Translations under genes and position numbers: made by a program
Source of the DNA: Epiperipatus broadwayi
Lineage: Eukaryota; Animalia; Onychophora
Direction: 5' to 3'
NCBI GenBank assembly: GCA_028023455.1
Contig: JAQFVV010000002.1
Coordinates: 13,578,001 to 13,642,000 of the forward strand
DNA: 64,000 nt
Notes under the pieces: model-generated
Databases searched by the model: none
Seen by the model: only the letters and a program-made list of their open reading frames with translations
Told to the model about the DNA's origin: nothing
Part shown: positions 63,656 through 64,000 of the stretch, piece by piece
How the letters are laid out: each line of letters begins with the position of its first letter
Position numbering within the stretch: the stretch's first letter is position 1

Positions 63656-64000
63656 TTTGACATATAAAAAATAATAATACATTGGAAAAGAAAATTCTGG
63701 GAATGTTCCATGAACTATCTATATTCTGTTCCAAGCCCTTCTCATGTATAAAGAATATAGCATATAAAAACACATTTTGCTGACAAGCCTTGATTATAAT
63801 ACAATAAGTTTTGTTTATTGCACTATAAATGTATTATTGTACTATAAATAGTACAGTGTTTTTTAACATGCATATTGTAAGCTTTATCCATAAAGCTAAA
63901 TATCCAGCTACGTAAATGTTCAGTATTTAAAAAAAAAAAAATTCAATAAGTTAATTTCTATAGTAAACCAATTTGTTAGAGCTGTTAATACATCCTACGA

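Noticed and set aside
1-64000. CRISPR array or other prokaryotic system
   Set aside because: No regularly spaced short repeats with unique spacers; the window is intron-rich eukaryotic DNA.

Overview
AT-rich, CpG-depleted metazoan genomic DNA, probably arthropod (inference only). Two host genes sit head-to-head 683 bp apart. One is exon 1 of LRPAP1/RAP (minus strand, 8698-8892; I found no further exon in the window). The other is a complete three-exon 4E-BP/Thor gene (plus strand, 9576-49755, 115 aa, introns of about 21.9 and 17.9 kb). The rest is mostly decayed mobile DNA: RTE and other LINE remnants, hAT (Buster/Charlie-type) elements and MITEs with 8-bp TSDs, mariner scraps, two tRNA-Gly(TCC)-derived copies and a Penelope-like (RT + GIY-YIG) remnant. 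The most notable signal is non-coding. Two short repeat families (here FamA and FamB) carry minimal type I hammerhead ribozyme motifs. FamB occurs as about 460-480-bp monomers with terminal redundancy and staggered start points, like retrozymes. FamA, FamB and the Penelope-like insertions repeatedly form fold-back (inverted) structures, nearly all with the 3' ends pointing outward. This suggests a Penelope-driven hammerhead/fold-back retroelement system inside and around the 4E-BP locus. All alignments and counts were done by eye; no database search or folding program was run.
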